A stretch of DNA of 34,999 nt from Promethearchaeota archaeon (GCA_008080735.1 SHMW01000042.1:1-34999); one strand, 5' to 3'; shown: positions 18,097 to 27,659, counted from the first letter of the stretch. The notes: generated from the letters alone by a model not told the origin. Numbers and translations: made by a program.

Positions 18097-19590
18097 ATGA
18101 CCGAAAATAATACCGAAAAAGCAAGCAAAAAATACGAGTATTCTTTCGATTACATACAAAAAAAATTAGAGGGAAAGAAAGACAGCTACGGTATGCTGAT
18201 GAAGGAGATTGTTCGTACGGGTGTCTGTACCGAATGCGGTACATGTGCTGCCGTGTGTCCCGTTCTGGAGTGGGACCATTTAGCAGGGCAACCCAAACTG
18301 GTGGGCAAATGTACCGGCTGTGGCATATGTTATAACCAGTGTCCTCGAACAATTACAGATCCCGACCAGCTTATCGGAGAGTTCAAAACGGGTTATGTGA
18401 CTAACACAGATATCCCCGAAGCCATTGGATATCAAGATGGAGGGACTGTGACCAGTCTTTTGTGCTATCTATTTGACGAGCATTTAATCGATGCGGCCAT
18501 TGTCACGATGAAAGATCCGGAAAAGCCGTGGTTTCCTGTTGCGCAAATCATTACAAATAAAGATGATGCGATTCGATCATCTGGATCTATTTATTGCCAT
18601 TCGCAAACTGTTGAAGCCTTAATGGAAGCGGTTCGGGAAGATTATCGTTCCATAGCATTTGTTGGAACCCCGTGTAATATAAACGCGGTTAATAAGATGT
18701 ATAACTCACCAACAGGAATGCTAAAATATTTCATGCGAGCCAATATCCTTACCATTGGACTATTTTGTATGGACTCATTCGCACCGGAAGCATTATATCC
18801 GTTCTTTGAAAGAGAAGGAGTAGATTTATCAAAAGTAGAAAAGATGGATATCAGTAAGGGAAAGTTCCATATATACTATGATGAAGATGGAGAGCCGGTA
18901 AAATCCTACAAGATTAGCCAATTAGATAAATTTAAATCATCCAGCTGCAACTTCTGTACCGATTTGACGGCAGAAGAGGCAGATATCTCAATAGGATCCG
19001 TAGGAAGCGGTGCAAACAAGAATACGGTCTTTGCACGTTCTGGCATTGGTACGGAAATTATTGAAGATGCGGGTAAAAAAGGATATTTAACCGTTGAACC
19101 ATTCAATGCGATCAATTTAAATTCAGTGCTTTTCCTTGCTAAGTTGAAGAAAGTGAGTCAATACAACATTCAGAAGAGAAAGGTCTTCATCGTACGAGAT
19201 AGAGATGAGGAAGAGGAACCGAAAATCGAGTCAAAACCGGAAGAAGGGCAGAAGCCTACTTTCGATATTAAACCGATCATCGATGCTCGTCGGGCACTAA
19301 GTGTGAAAAGAAACCTCAATGAAGAAGCCAAGACCTTAGAATTATCGATAACAAACACAATCGGATTCTTACTTGAAGATCTAAAGATCAGGATTGCCAT
19401 TGTAGACGACGTTTTTGAAAAAAACGTATGGAATACTAAAATCAAAGAGCTCTTTCCTTATGAGGAAATTGACGTAAATTATCCATTAGAAGAAAAAGAC
19501 GGTGAATTAATACTTGGTGAAGTGCTTATAGAAGCATCGACGCAAAAATACGGAAAAATATACTCAAAAACCTACAAGTTGAAAAAATAA
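18097..19590 (+). CDS. FrhB-family F420-binding protein with a ferredoxin domain, an acidic linker and a C-terminal Ig-like domain
   Basis: CTECGTCAAVCP, CTGCGICYNQCP, QDGGTVT, VGTPCN, IGLFCMDSF, CNFCTDLTAEEADISIGSVGS; extra ~100-aa beta-rich tail after RDRDEEEEPK. Confidence 0.85.
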   Translation: MTENNTEKASKKYEYSFDYIQKKLEGKKDSYGMLMKEIVRTGVCTECGTCAAVCPVLEWDHLAGQPKLVGKCTGCGICYNQCPRTITDPDQLIGEFKTGYVTNTDIPEAIGYQDGGTVTSLLCYLFDEHLIDAAIVTMKDPEKPWFPVAQIITNKDDAIRSSGSIYCHSQTVEALMEAVREDYRSIAFVGTPCNINAVNKMYNSPTGMLKYFMRANILTIGLFCMDSFAPEALYPFFEREGVDLSKVEKMDISKGKFHIYYDEDGEPVKSYKISQLDKFKSSSCNFCTDLTAEEADISIGSVGSGANKNTVFARSGIGTEIIEDAGKKGYLTVEPFNAINLNSVLFLAKLKKVSQYNIQKRKVFIVRDRDEEEEPKIESKPEEGQKPTFDIKPIIDARRALSVKRNLNEEAKTLELSITNTIGFLLEDLKIRIAIVDDVFEKNVWNTKIKELFPYEEIDVNYPLEEKDGELILGEVLIEASTQKYGKIYSKTYKLKK

Positions 19591-19707
19591 CCCAATAAAC
19601 CAATTCTTTATACAACTAAAAATTAAGAATAAAAGAATATTAAGAAAAATAAAGAAGTATTAATTATTATTTGAAGTAGTTAAAAACAAAAGAGGAGTAG
19701 ATAATAC

Positions 19708-20616
19708 ATGAAAATCAGTTTAGTTGGATTATCTGGCTGTGGAAAGACCAGTCTTTACAGCGTTGCATTTGCGGCGAAAAGTCCAGAAGATACTAAGTCA
19801 TTAAGTCCGACTATTTTATACGAAACGAGAAGGCATCCATTCTTAGGGCTCCAGGTCGGAATTTTTGATTTTGGTGGACAAGAACAGTACCGTAAGGAAT
19901 ACATGGAAAAGCCCGAGGTGTTCCGGGGGACAGATATCCTAATCCCCATTGTAGATCTCCATGATCCCGATAGTTTTGAAGAATCAAAGCAATATTTTGA
20001 AGGATTATTGGATATATATACAAAGAACAACGAGAAGCCCAAGATCTTCCTATTCTATCATAAATATGATACAGAAGATTATGAGAAAGAGCTCTTGGAT
20101 ACAAACGTCAAGAAAGCCCGTGAAATCTTTGAAGATATCTTCAAGGATTATGAGTTTAAATCATACCTTACCAGCATCTACGATCAAGATAAATTAGCCA
20201 AAATTTTCCGAGACATTTTGATTTCCTCCTACGAGGAACTTAAGAGCCACGTAGAAAAAGCAGAACAAAAATTAGAGGAGATCGGCGCCAAGGTAATTAT
20301 TTCCGATATTTCTGGAAATGTAATCGTCCACAATGTAAAGGGGGTAAGCAGTGGTCTAACCTTACGAGGAGATTTGCGCGATTTCATTAACGCATGTAAT
20401 ACGGTCCGGGAAAATATCTTTATGTCGGATTCAGCAATGTTTAGGGGTCGGAATGAGGATGGAAAAGAAGTTGAGCTACATATCTTTAAGTATATCATCT
20501 CTGTGCTTATTATGAAATCGGGTGAGATTGATATGGATTCGCAAGACAAAATCAATACGCTCTTAAATGATATGAAGCTCTTTGCCGACTTGATCATTTC
20601 AGCGCATACCGAATAA
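19708..20616 (+). CDS. Rag/Gtr1-like small GTPase with a C-terminal roadblock-like domain
   Basis: G1 GLSGCGKTS, G2 PTI, G3 DFGGQ, G4 HKYD, G5 TSIYD (the HKxD and TSI motifs typical of Rag/Gtr). C-terminal VIISDISGNVI...HIFKYIISVLIM has a roadblock-type pattern. GAGGAG ribosome-binding site upstream. Confidence 0.82.
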   Translation: MKISLVGLSGCGKTSLYSVAFAAKSPEDTKSLSPTILYETRRHPFLGLQVGIFDFGGQEQYRKEYMEKPEVFRGTDILIPIVDLHDPDSFEESKQYFEGLLDIYTKNNEKPKIFLFYHKYDTEDYEKELLDTNVKKAREIFEDIFKDYEFKSYLTSIYDQDKLAKIFRDILISSYEELKSHVEKAEQKLEEIGAKVIISDISGNVIVHNVKGVSSGLTLRGDLRDFINACNTVRENIFMSDSAMFRGRNEDGKEVELHIFKYIISVLIMKSGEIDMDSQDKINTLLNDMKLFADLIISAHTE

Positions 20617-21240
20617 GCATAAAGCAATATCTTATTTTTTACTTTTCACTCTTTTTTAGGTATATACATTCTGATAGATTTAGAACTAATATCTTGAAAA
20701 AATAGTTTTTTGTAGAATTGTTCCTTGAATTCAGTTAAAAATAATAATAAAGATATGTTAAATATATGGAATAGATATGTTTCTAAAGGTACCCCCTCAC
20801 GCTTGATAAAACATTTTGGTGTATGGAAGGATCTTCCAATAGAGTATGATCAAAATATTAAGAATTTCCATGAATCAGTTAATAAAGATACAGGCTCGAG
20901 ATTAAATGAAATTCTAGAGTGTCTCTTGAGAAAGTGAATAAATAATTATAAAAACATAATTAGTATTCTAAAACAACCAAAAGCTAATTATAATTTTTAT
21001 TTTGAACTTCTTTCTTCAAATATTCGATGATTTTGAATATGGAATTAATTCAAAAAGTAATTCATCTGAGAAAATTCTTTCCTAATTTCAGCAATGATTC
21101 TATTCTTTGCATCTCCCCCGATTTCTAATTTCTTTTTTCTCTTTGTAATTATGATCTATAATTCGCTTTAGGAGATGAATTAGAAATATTATAAAGAATC
21201 ATGTTCAATTATTATACAAAAAGATTGGTGAACCATCAAT

Positions 21241-22080
21241 TTGAAATTTAAAACAATTATCATTTCCCTCATAATCTATATAGCATTAGCGGCTTTACTT
21301 CCACTTATAAACCAATATGAAGCGACCTATAAATTTTTACCGGGAACCACGGATGGATTTCAACTTTTTTTCTTGATGCTGTTACTTATAATCCCTTCTA
21401 CTATATTTTCATTAATATTCGGATATCTTTTACCACCTGTATATCTCTTTTTACATAAAAACATCATTGGACGAAGGATGAATTACGGAATTCAAGAGAA
21501 AAAAGAGTCAAAAAAATTTAGAAAAGCATACAGAGGGGTCTTTGCGGGATTGATGGCTATGAATCTGAGTCTACTTCTAGCACCTTTTCTTACTAAGTAT
21601 GTCATAAAAGTCACGATACTTTCGGAACGCAGCGATACAAATCTCTTTTTTATGTCATTTATTTTTGGTTTATTGCTCACTTTAGGGCCTTCTGTTGGCT
21701 TATTTGCGAGTGCATGGTTTTTGAATGACTCGGGTATCTCCTATACGAATATAGAACAAGCAAATGAAAAAAACGATATAATTGAAATTCGAGCAGTTGG
21801 AAATTGGTATACATACGCGCTGAAAGGTTACGCAGGAGTTGGGGTAATCATTTCTTATATCTCGATACTCCTAAGATTTTTAGCTAGTAATGACGAATTA
21901 TTTAATATGATTTTCAATGGAATCTTGACATTCTCGCTTCCATTTCTTTTAGCAGCTTCTATTATGCCTAGTTTGCTGATTCTGGAATATCTAAAAGAAC
22001 ATCGAAAAAAATATGTAAGATCCTTGGCTAAGAAATTAGGAATAATAAATAATTTAGAGGTAAACATCGTGGTACAATAA
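21241..22080 (+). CDS. Hypothetical multi-pass membrane protein
   Basis: 279-aa ORF with about 6 hydrophobic segments, a TTG start preceded by GGTGA, and a T-rich tract after the stop. Confidence 0.7.
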   Translation: MKFKTIIISLIIYIALAALLPLINQYEATYKFLPGTTDGFQLFFLMLLLIIPSTIFSLIFGYLLPPVYLFLHKNIIGRRMNYGIQEKKESKKFRKAYRGVFAGLMAMNLSLLLAPFLTKYVIKVTILSERSDTNLFFMSFIFGLLLTLGPSVGLFASAWFLNDSGISYTNIEQANEKNDIIEIRAVGNWYTYALKGYAGVGVIISYISILLRFLASNDELFNMIFNGILTFSLPFLLAASIMPSLLILEYLKEHRKKYVRSLAKKLGIINNLEVNIVVQ

Positions 22081-22156
22081 TATTTTCTCTTTTTATTTCT
22101 CTTTGATTTTTAAAATATTTGTAAAATAAATAATCAAGAGAGTTAGTTTTTCAACA

Positions 22157-22861
22157 TTAAATAAGGTCCTTTAAATCAGAAAGTGTTCCCTCATAATCGG
22201 GTTTTGGAGTATCTGAACTGAGGTCTGTGTTGGGACCTCGTATTAAAAATGTTTTGCAGCCTAATTTTGCTACCACCATATCTTTATCCTCATCTCCCAC
22301 CATTAAGCAATTCTCGAGGGGAACCTTGATTTGTCGAGCGATATCCTCAAAATATAGCAAATTGGGCTTAGTCGCAGATACGTGCTCATAACTTGTAATT
22401 AGGTCGTAGTCAAAATCTCCCACACCCGCCCAAGTGAGGCGTTGTTTGATGGCGGTTTCGGGTAATAGGGGTGTGGTTGCAATCACCACTTTATATCCAT
22501 TTTCAAAACATTTTTTAATCGTTGAACGAGCTTCCGGTTTTTGATTGGTAAATTTTTGGAGTTTTGGATATTCTTCAATGTAAAATTCGTCAAAAAGAGG
22601 TTCTAGATCATCTCTCATATATCCTTCAAGCGGAAAGAAATATTCTGCAAATACCTCTTCATTCGTCGATTCTCCGTTATTTTGCTCTACCTTTTTTGAC
22701 ACTTTCATGAGCCGAGCGATGAATTTCCGTGTGGGAACGTACTCTTTTACATAATTACTTAATAAAAGAACATAATTTTTCACAAACGCGTCAATATCTA
22801 TATTTATTAAGGTATTATCTAAATCAAAAAGAATGGCTTTTATAGTACTGGTTAAACTCAT
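22157..22861 (-). CDS. HAD-superfamily hydrolase
   Basis: Motif I LFDLDNTL, motif II IATT, motif III KP, motif IV MVGDEDKD. Confidence 0.88.
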   Translation of the reverse strand: MSLTSTIKAILFDLDNTLINIDIDAFVKNYVLLLSNYVKEYVPTRKFIARLMKVSKKVEQNNGESTNEEVFAEYFFPLEGYMRDDLEPLFDEFYIEEYPKLQKFTNQKPEARSTIKKCFENGYKVVIATTPLLPETAIKQRLTWAGVGDFDYDLITSYEHVSATKPNLLYFEDIARQIKVPLENCLMVGDEDKDMVVAKLGCKTFLIRGPNTDLSSDTPKPDYEGTLSDLKDLI

Positions 22862-23181
22862 AATGAATAGAATATTGTAAAAAGTAAAAATGTAATGAAT
22901 GGATGAGTAGCTGGTTCTTCGTGGTGTCGCATACCTAATGGGTCATTGATTTCTTCAAAATTTCTTTTATAATTTCGTATTTTATAAATGAATTCAAAAG
23001 AGATTTTAGAATATAGTTAAAAAGTGGGAAAGATTTTAGATTTTTCAAAAAGTTATACGAGATTAAAGTACGTAATTATTAAATCCTACCTCCTTAACAA
23101 TCAATTATAAACATTATTAAAACTCCATACATTTTTTTTTATATCATAAACTTCATTAAAATTCTTTGACTTGTAATAAGT

Positions 23182-24384
23182 ATGCGATTAGAATTAACCC
23201 CGCTTAAAGATTTTGTTATCCAAGGTGATAAGCTTCCAGTAAGGGCTAATTTTAATTTTGAAGAGGAGACTGACCTCTTTTGGAGCGGGATCAGATTATT
23301 AACCTCTCCTCCTTGTCAGAAAGATCTCCAAATTACCAAACAAGAAATCTTTTCCAAGGGGAAATTTGAAGCTGGAAAATATGTTAGAGATAAAGCGCTC
23401 ACAATCAAGAATAATGTTGTCCCAACAATAGAAAAGCGTGACTTGGAGTATCACCTTCAATTATTGTTGCGAAAACCGAATCCCGTAAATCCTGATGAGG
23501 ATATTATTGTTAAACGCAATCAGGAAGTTATAATTAAACCAAAAAAAACTGCAAGTCAGAAAAAACCAAGTCCTCTTTCATTTTCAATTTCGGGATTGAA
23601 TGTAAATCTAAAAAAAGATGTATTCAAACCCGGTGAAACTATAAAAATCAATTACTCCTCAGAGGGATTGAGAGAAATTGAGATACGACTCCTCCAAGAA
23701 GCGAATTTAGTCTGTCATTGCGAACGATACGGTAGGAATTGCCAACAAGTTGAGGAGTTGCCTCCCGCCATCGCAGGACAAACAAAAACTAAATCAAATA
23801 CGAAGGAGGGATATCTTTTATTAAAAGTCCCCGAAGTCGCGGAGCCGAGCCATAATTATCTATGGGAACCATCAGAGAAAGAACATTGGGGAATAAAATA
23901 TGGGGATTATTCCAAATGGTCCTTAATGGTTATTGGAAGAAAAACATCTGGAAAAGAACCAATCAAATTCGAATTACCTATAATGATTAGTTCCGAATTA
24001 ATCGAGGAAGAGGAAACCGCAGTAGAGTTATTTTCCGGAGGTCCGTCAGAGGCACCCTCTGTTTTCGAAGGAGTCTCTCCGAAATTTAAGAAAAATTTCC
24101 AAGTGGAATCAATAGAACTAATAAGTGAACAAGACGACCTCTATACGTACAAAATCATAATTAAAAATAATTCTAATAACGACCTGGAAGGTGCCACAGT
24201 TAAATTAACTGGCTTACAAGAAGGACTGTTTGAAACGGCACCTTTTTTATATGGTTTTACAAAATGGAACAAAAAGGATGCGAAAGAGATAAAGTATGAA
24301 ACTAAACAACATATTACGGCATTAGTCGCTATTATTGAAGATAATGCCCATAAATCAATTCGTATTCAAAATCCAATCAAATAA
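23182..24384 (+). CDS. Arrestin/Vps26/SpoOM-fold-like protein with an extra C-terminal Ig-like domain
   Basis: Two beta-sandwich patterns typical of arrestin N and C domains: GKFEAGKY...VVPT...LEYHLQLLL and LNVNLKKDVFKPGETIKINY...EIEIRLLQ. Cys cluster CHC...C. Fold assigned by eye only. Confidence 0.55.
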   Translation: MRLELTPLKDFVIQGDKLPVRANFNFEEETDLFWSGIRLLTSPPCQKDLQITKQEIFSKGKFEAGKYVRDKALTIKNNVVPTIEKRDLEYHLQLLLRKPNPVNPDEDIIVKRNQEVIIKPKKTASQKKPSPLSFSISGLNVNLKKDVFKPGETIKINYSSEGLREIEIRLLQEANLVCHCERYGRNCQQVEELPPAIAGQTKTKSNTKEGYLLLKVPEVAEPSHNYLWEPSEKEHWGIKYGDYSKWSLMVIGRKTSGKEPIKFELPIMISSELIEEEETAVELFSGGPSEAPSVFEGVSPKFKKNFQVESIELISEQDDLYTYKIIIKNNSNNDLEGATVKLTGLQEGLFETAPFLYGFTKWNKKDAKEIKYETKQHITALVAIIEDNAHKSIRIQNPIK

Positions 24385-24553
24385 GCATACTTTTCCTATC
24401 AAATTACTACTAAATCTTGAACATGTTTTTTGATAAAAAGACAGTCTTATTCATTTATTCCCCTTTATTAGAATCATGAGTTAAATTTCAAAACACAATT
24501 TATTATTTTTAAAAGACAACTATTTTAATATTAAGTACTTTATCGAACTTAAT

Positions 24554-25372
24554 ATGTCAGAGAGAATGAATAAGTCTGCGATGTATTCGCATTATCTCCA
24601 AGATCCCAAAGCAAAACCGTTTGAGCAAGAATTAGGAGGGGCTAAACTCCAATATTTTTATTTTGATAATGATCTAGAGATTTCCACGAAAACGCGCGAG
24701 GTTGTAAACGCATGTCTACTCTCAGGTAATGCCGTCGCCGTTTATGAAGGTGCTCCGTATAATTTTGACCAGTTTGATTTCTTGTTTCTCCCTCCAGAAA
24801 AACAAATAACAATAAAAATAGACCCGAAACCTGATACAGCCTATAAAATATGCTTAGTCTATAGTAAAGTGAAAAATAGGAAAGATCGCGACTTTGAAAT
24901 ACAGCATTTCGATCTTAGGAAATTTGTCCCTCGAGGAGAATTATCTACCAAAGATCGCATCGCAACCTATAGAACGGTATGGACTGCCATCAAAAATGGG
25001 TATTATATGTCTGGCTTCACCAATATTCCTCAGAAAGCTTTACAGCAAGGGGTTTTAACGAGTGTTAATTTAGTGGAAAATGAATATGGAAACACAGAAA
25101 TTTATCCTCATATTCATCCAGAGTATCCCGAAATCTATATCTATTGTATCCCCGAAAAGAATGTCGCTGTTACCCAATATTTAATCGATGAAGATGGCGA
25201 ATCTATATGTAGGGATTTGGAGAATGGAGATGGAGTATTTTTCCCGGGAAATCTCGGTCACATGAATTTTACAAAACCAACTTATAAGAATTTGGAATAT
25301 TGTATGTATATGTGGATAATCCCAACATACGGTTTAGAAGATTCTATAGAGCCGATTACCTTGAGAATCTAA
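24554..25372 (+). CDS. Cupin-fold protein, KduI/IolB (5-deoxy-glucuronate isomerase)-like
   Basis: Metal-binding cupin motifs PHIHPEYPEIYIY and GDGVFFPGNLGH; YCMYMWI; bicupin length. Confidence 0.65.
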   Translation: MSERMNKSAMYSHYLQDPKAKPFEQELGGAKLQYFYFDNDLEISTKTREVVNACLLSGNAVAVYEGAPYNFDQFDFLFLPPEKQITIKIDPKPDTAYKICLVYSKVKNRKDRDFEIQHFDLRKFVPRGELSTKDRIATYRTVWTAIKNGYYMSGFTNIPQKALQQGVLTSVNLVENEYGNTEIYPHIHPEYPEIYIYCIPEKNVAVTQYLIDEDGESICRDLENGDGVFFPGNLGHMNFTKPTYKNLEYCMYMWIIPTYGLEDSIEPITLRI

Positions 25373-25969
25373 TTATACTGTGTTTGATATCAGATTTTCA
25401 TGATATATACTCTGTAGGATTAACCGAAGCGTATCTTCAAACGTTTCAAGAACTCCTTCTGAGGATATTGCGATGCTCTTCCTACATTCAATATTCTTAA
25501 AATTATGGTACCCTATCTCATCTAAATACTTGGCAGTTTCAAACTTATCTGGTAAATCTTGTTTATTAAACACAATAACCTTTCCAAGTCGATTAAAAGA
25601 ATCCATGTCGAAGTAATTGGTTAATTCATTCCACGAGCTAATATTTCTCTTAAAAGCACTTTTTTGGGAATCCACTATAAAAATAATGCCATCAACCGCT
25701 CTTAAGACTGTTGGCCTTGTAACAATATAAAAGTCTTGTCCCGTTGTTGTATAAATATTGATTTTTAGCTTCCATTTTTCATTTTGAAAGGAGAGTACTC
25801 CATAATCGAAATATAATGTCCTTCCTACCGTACTCTCAATACTTTTTACCTCATCCTTCTTTCCGAAATGGTCGAAGAGAGCTTTTAAAGAAGTCGTTTT
25901 CCCCGACATTGCGGGACCATAATAGACCATTTTGAGCTGTAAGGTTTTTTCTAATTGATTAATTATCAT
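25373..25969 (-). CDS. MglA-like small GTPase
   Basis: KMVYYGPAMSGKTT, GRTLYFDYG, YTTTGQ (MglA-type TxxGQ), VLRAVDGIIFIVDSQ, NKQDLP. Confidence 0.85.
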   Translation of the reverse strand: MIINQLEKTLQLKMVYYGPAMSGKTTSLKALFDHFGKKDEVKSIESTVGRTLYFDYGVLSFQNEKWKLKINIYTTTGQDFYIVTRPTVLRAVDGIIFIVDSQKSAFKRNISSWNELTNYFDMDSFNRLGKVIVFNKQDLPDKFETAKYLDEIGYHNFKNIECRKSIAISSEGVLETFEDTLRLILQSIYHENLISNTV

Positions 25970-26084
25970 TTTTTCTATTTAAGTTTTGAAACTAGGTTAA
26001 AAAAGAACTATAAAAATACCACATGATTGAATTCAAATGGTTTAGATAAAATAAAATTGAAAAAAAAATATAAAAAATTTAAAA

Positions 26085-26678
26085 TTATACTTCTCTCAAT
26101 TTCTTGCGGAGATAATATAGTCCGCCTATCGTTCCTGGAATGCCTAAGAAGATTAATATCCAAAATACTGACCAGAACCAGGTGGTAATCCAATAGATAT
26201 AAGGTACAGTTCCAAGTGCGGCATCAAACCTTCCATCAATAATAGTGATAATAATGAAGGCAATGAAAACAAAAAAGCCTAAAACACCACTTGCGGCACC
26301 TGGTTTATTAACATTTTGTTCCTTCTTCTCACGCTCTCTGAATAATTCTTTTTCAGATTCTTCCAATCTCGTCCACCAGAAATACCCAAGTCCACCCATC
26401 ACAGCGGCGGTCGGAATTACCACGAATAATACTTCCCATAACAAAAGCCATAGGAACCAGAAAATAATTGTTTGTATGGAAAATTCTGCGAGTGTCCATG
26501 TTCCCCCAGCTCCGATTAGAGAATTATTTATATGGAAGAAGAGAGTTAGTATAGCACCAATAATAGCAATGATAGCAAGAACGACAAAAAGTAAACCAGC
26601 TTTCCAGTGTTTCTGAATCATCAATTTGACAAAAGTCCAATCTTCCCTATCCATTTCTTCACTCATTTTTCTATTCAC
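26085..26678 (-). CDS. Hypothetical Trp-rich membrane protein (about 4 TM)
   Basis: 197-aa ORF with long hydrophobic, Trp-rich segments separated by a charged loop. The true start may be the ATG of MSEEM. Confidence 0.7.
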   Translation of the reverse strand: MNRKMSEEMDREDWTFVKLMIQKHWKAGLLFVVLAIIAIIGAILTLFFHINNSLIGAGGTWTLAEFSIQTIIFWFLWLLLWEVLFVVIPTAAVMGGLGYFWWTRLEESEKELFREREKKEQNVNKPGAASGVLGFFVFIAFIIITIIDGRFDAALGTVPYIYWITTWFWSVFWILIFLGIPGTIGGLYYLRKKLREV

Positions 26679-26842
26679 GTTATATTTATTATATTATTTT
26701 AATTAAAAATTCGATAATTGAATGGATCAATTATTTAGTAAGTTATGTTCTTTAAAAAAAATAGGCAATATGAATGATATGTAGTCCAATTTCTACAAAA
26801 TGGATATATATGCTATATAGATGTAAAAAGAAATGTGAGTTT

Positions 26843-27223
26843 CTATGAAAAGATTAACTTATCCTTTTCTATTCTGTGAGGGATCTTGTTTCTCAGAATG
26901 AGCAATTCAATTTCTCTTCGCAAAATTCCCGTCTCAAGGGTGATATTATAATCCTCTTTTAACAATTTTGATAATGTATCAAAGGAGATAGATTCGTGTT
27001 TATTTGATATATTTTTTAATTCTTTCAATATACTGCTCTGATTCAAGAGCGACTCAGAATTAGAAATTAGTTGATATAATTTATGGGTTAGCGAATAATC
27101 AAAATCTCCTTGTTGCTCAATCTTTTTTAGAGTATATAGGATGTCTAATGATTCGCGATATTTTTCCTCTCCCATTAAATCTTGAGCCTTTCCTAAGAGT
27201 TTAATAAATTCTTCAGTGTTCAT
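26843..27223 (-). CDS. Small helical protein with a C-terminal PCI-like winged helix
   Basis: N-terminal TPR-like helix pair; C-terminus ISFDTLSKLL...RREIELLILRNKIPHRIEKDKLIF follows the PCI/wHTH pattern. Confidence 0.5.
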   Translation of the reverse strand: MNTEEFIKLLGKAQDLMGEEKYRESLDILYTLKKIEQQGDFDYSLTHKLYQLISNSESLLNQSSILKELKNISNKHESISFDTLSKLLKEDYNITLETGILRREIELLILRNKIPHRIEKDKLIFS

Positions 27224-27431
27224 TTTTCCGTTCTTGTTCTGTAATTATTCTATACATTGAATAATAATTCGCAATTTAATAGATTTAACTTTTATAATAT
27301 TAATTAAAATGTCGATGCTGTTGCGAAAAATAACCGTTTCGAATAAATATTCTAATATTACATAAAGCTAAGGCTTTAATTGGTTAATAAATTCAGTTAT
27401 ATATAAAAATATTAAAAGGTTAAGATTAAAA

Positions 27432-27659
27432 ATGGTAAATAAAGATAAAGTCAAGGAAGTAATAGACAAGATTCGACCTTCTTTACAGAGAGACGGCGGA
27501 GATGTAGAATTATTAGAGATAACTGAGGATGGCGTCGTAAAAGTGCGACTTCAAGGGCATTGCGCGGGCTGTGTTCACGCTCAACAGACTTTGAAGCTCG
27601 GAATCGAGCGAGCAGTCAAGCAATTCGTCCCTGATGTAAAAGAAGTTGTAAATGTCTAA
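27432..27659 (+). CDS. Nfu/NifU C-terminal-domain Fe-S carrier protein
   Basis: IRPSLQRDGGDVEL...VKVRLQGHCAGC...TLKLGIER, the Nfu CxxC signature. Confidence 0.93.
   Translation: MVNKDKVKEVIDKIRPSLQRDGGDVELLEITEDGVVKVRLQGHCAGCVHAQQTLKLGIERAVKQFVPDVKEVVNV

Noticed and set aside
20725-20937. 70-aa ORF between the GTPase and the membrane protein
   Set aside because: It has no recognisable motif or ribosome-binding site and lies in an AT-rich region. Its TGA is not in a Cys-motif context. It could be a gene remnant but cannot be supported.
23001-23040. Direct repeat AGATTTTAGA x2 (30-bp period), and similar AATTAGATTTT x2 near 34920-34962
   Set aside because: Only two short AT-rich copies in each case. 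They are not CRISPR-like and are expected by chance at this base composition.
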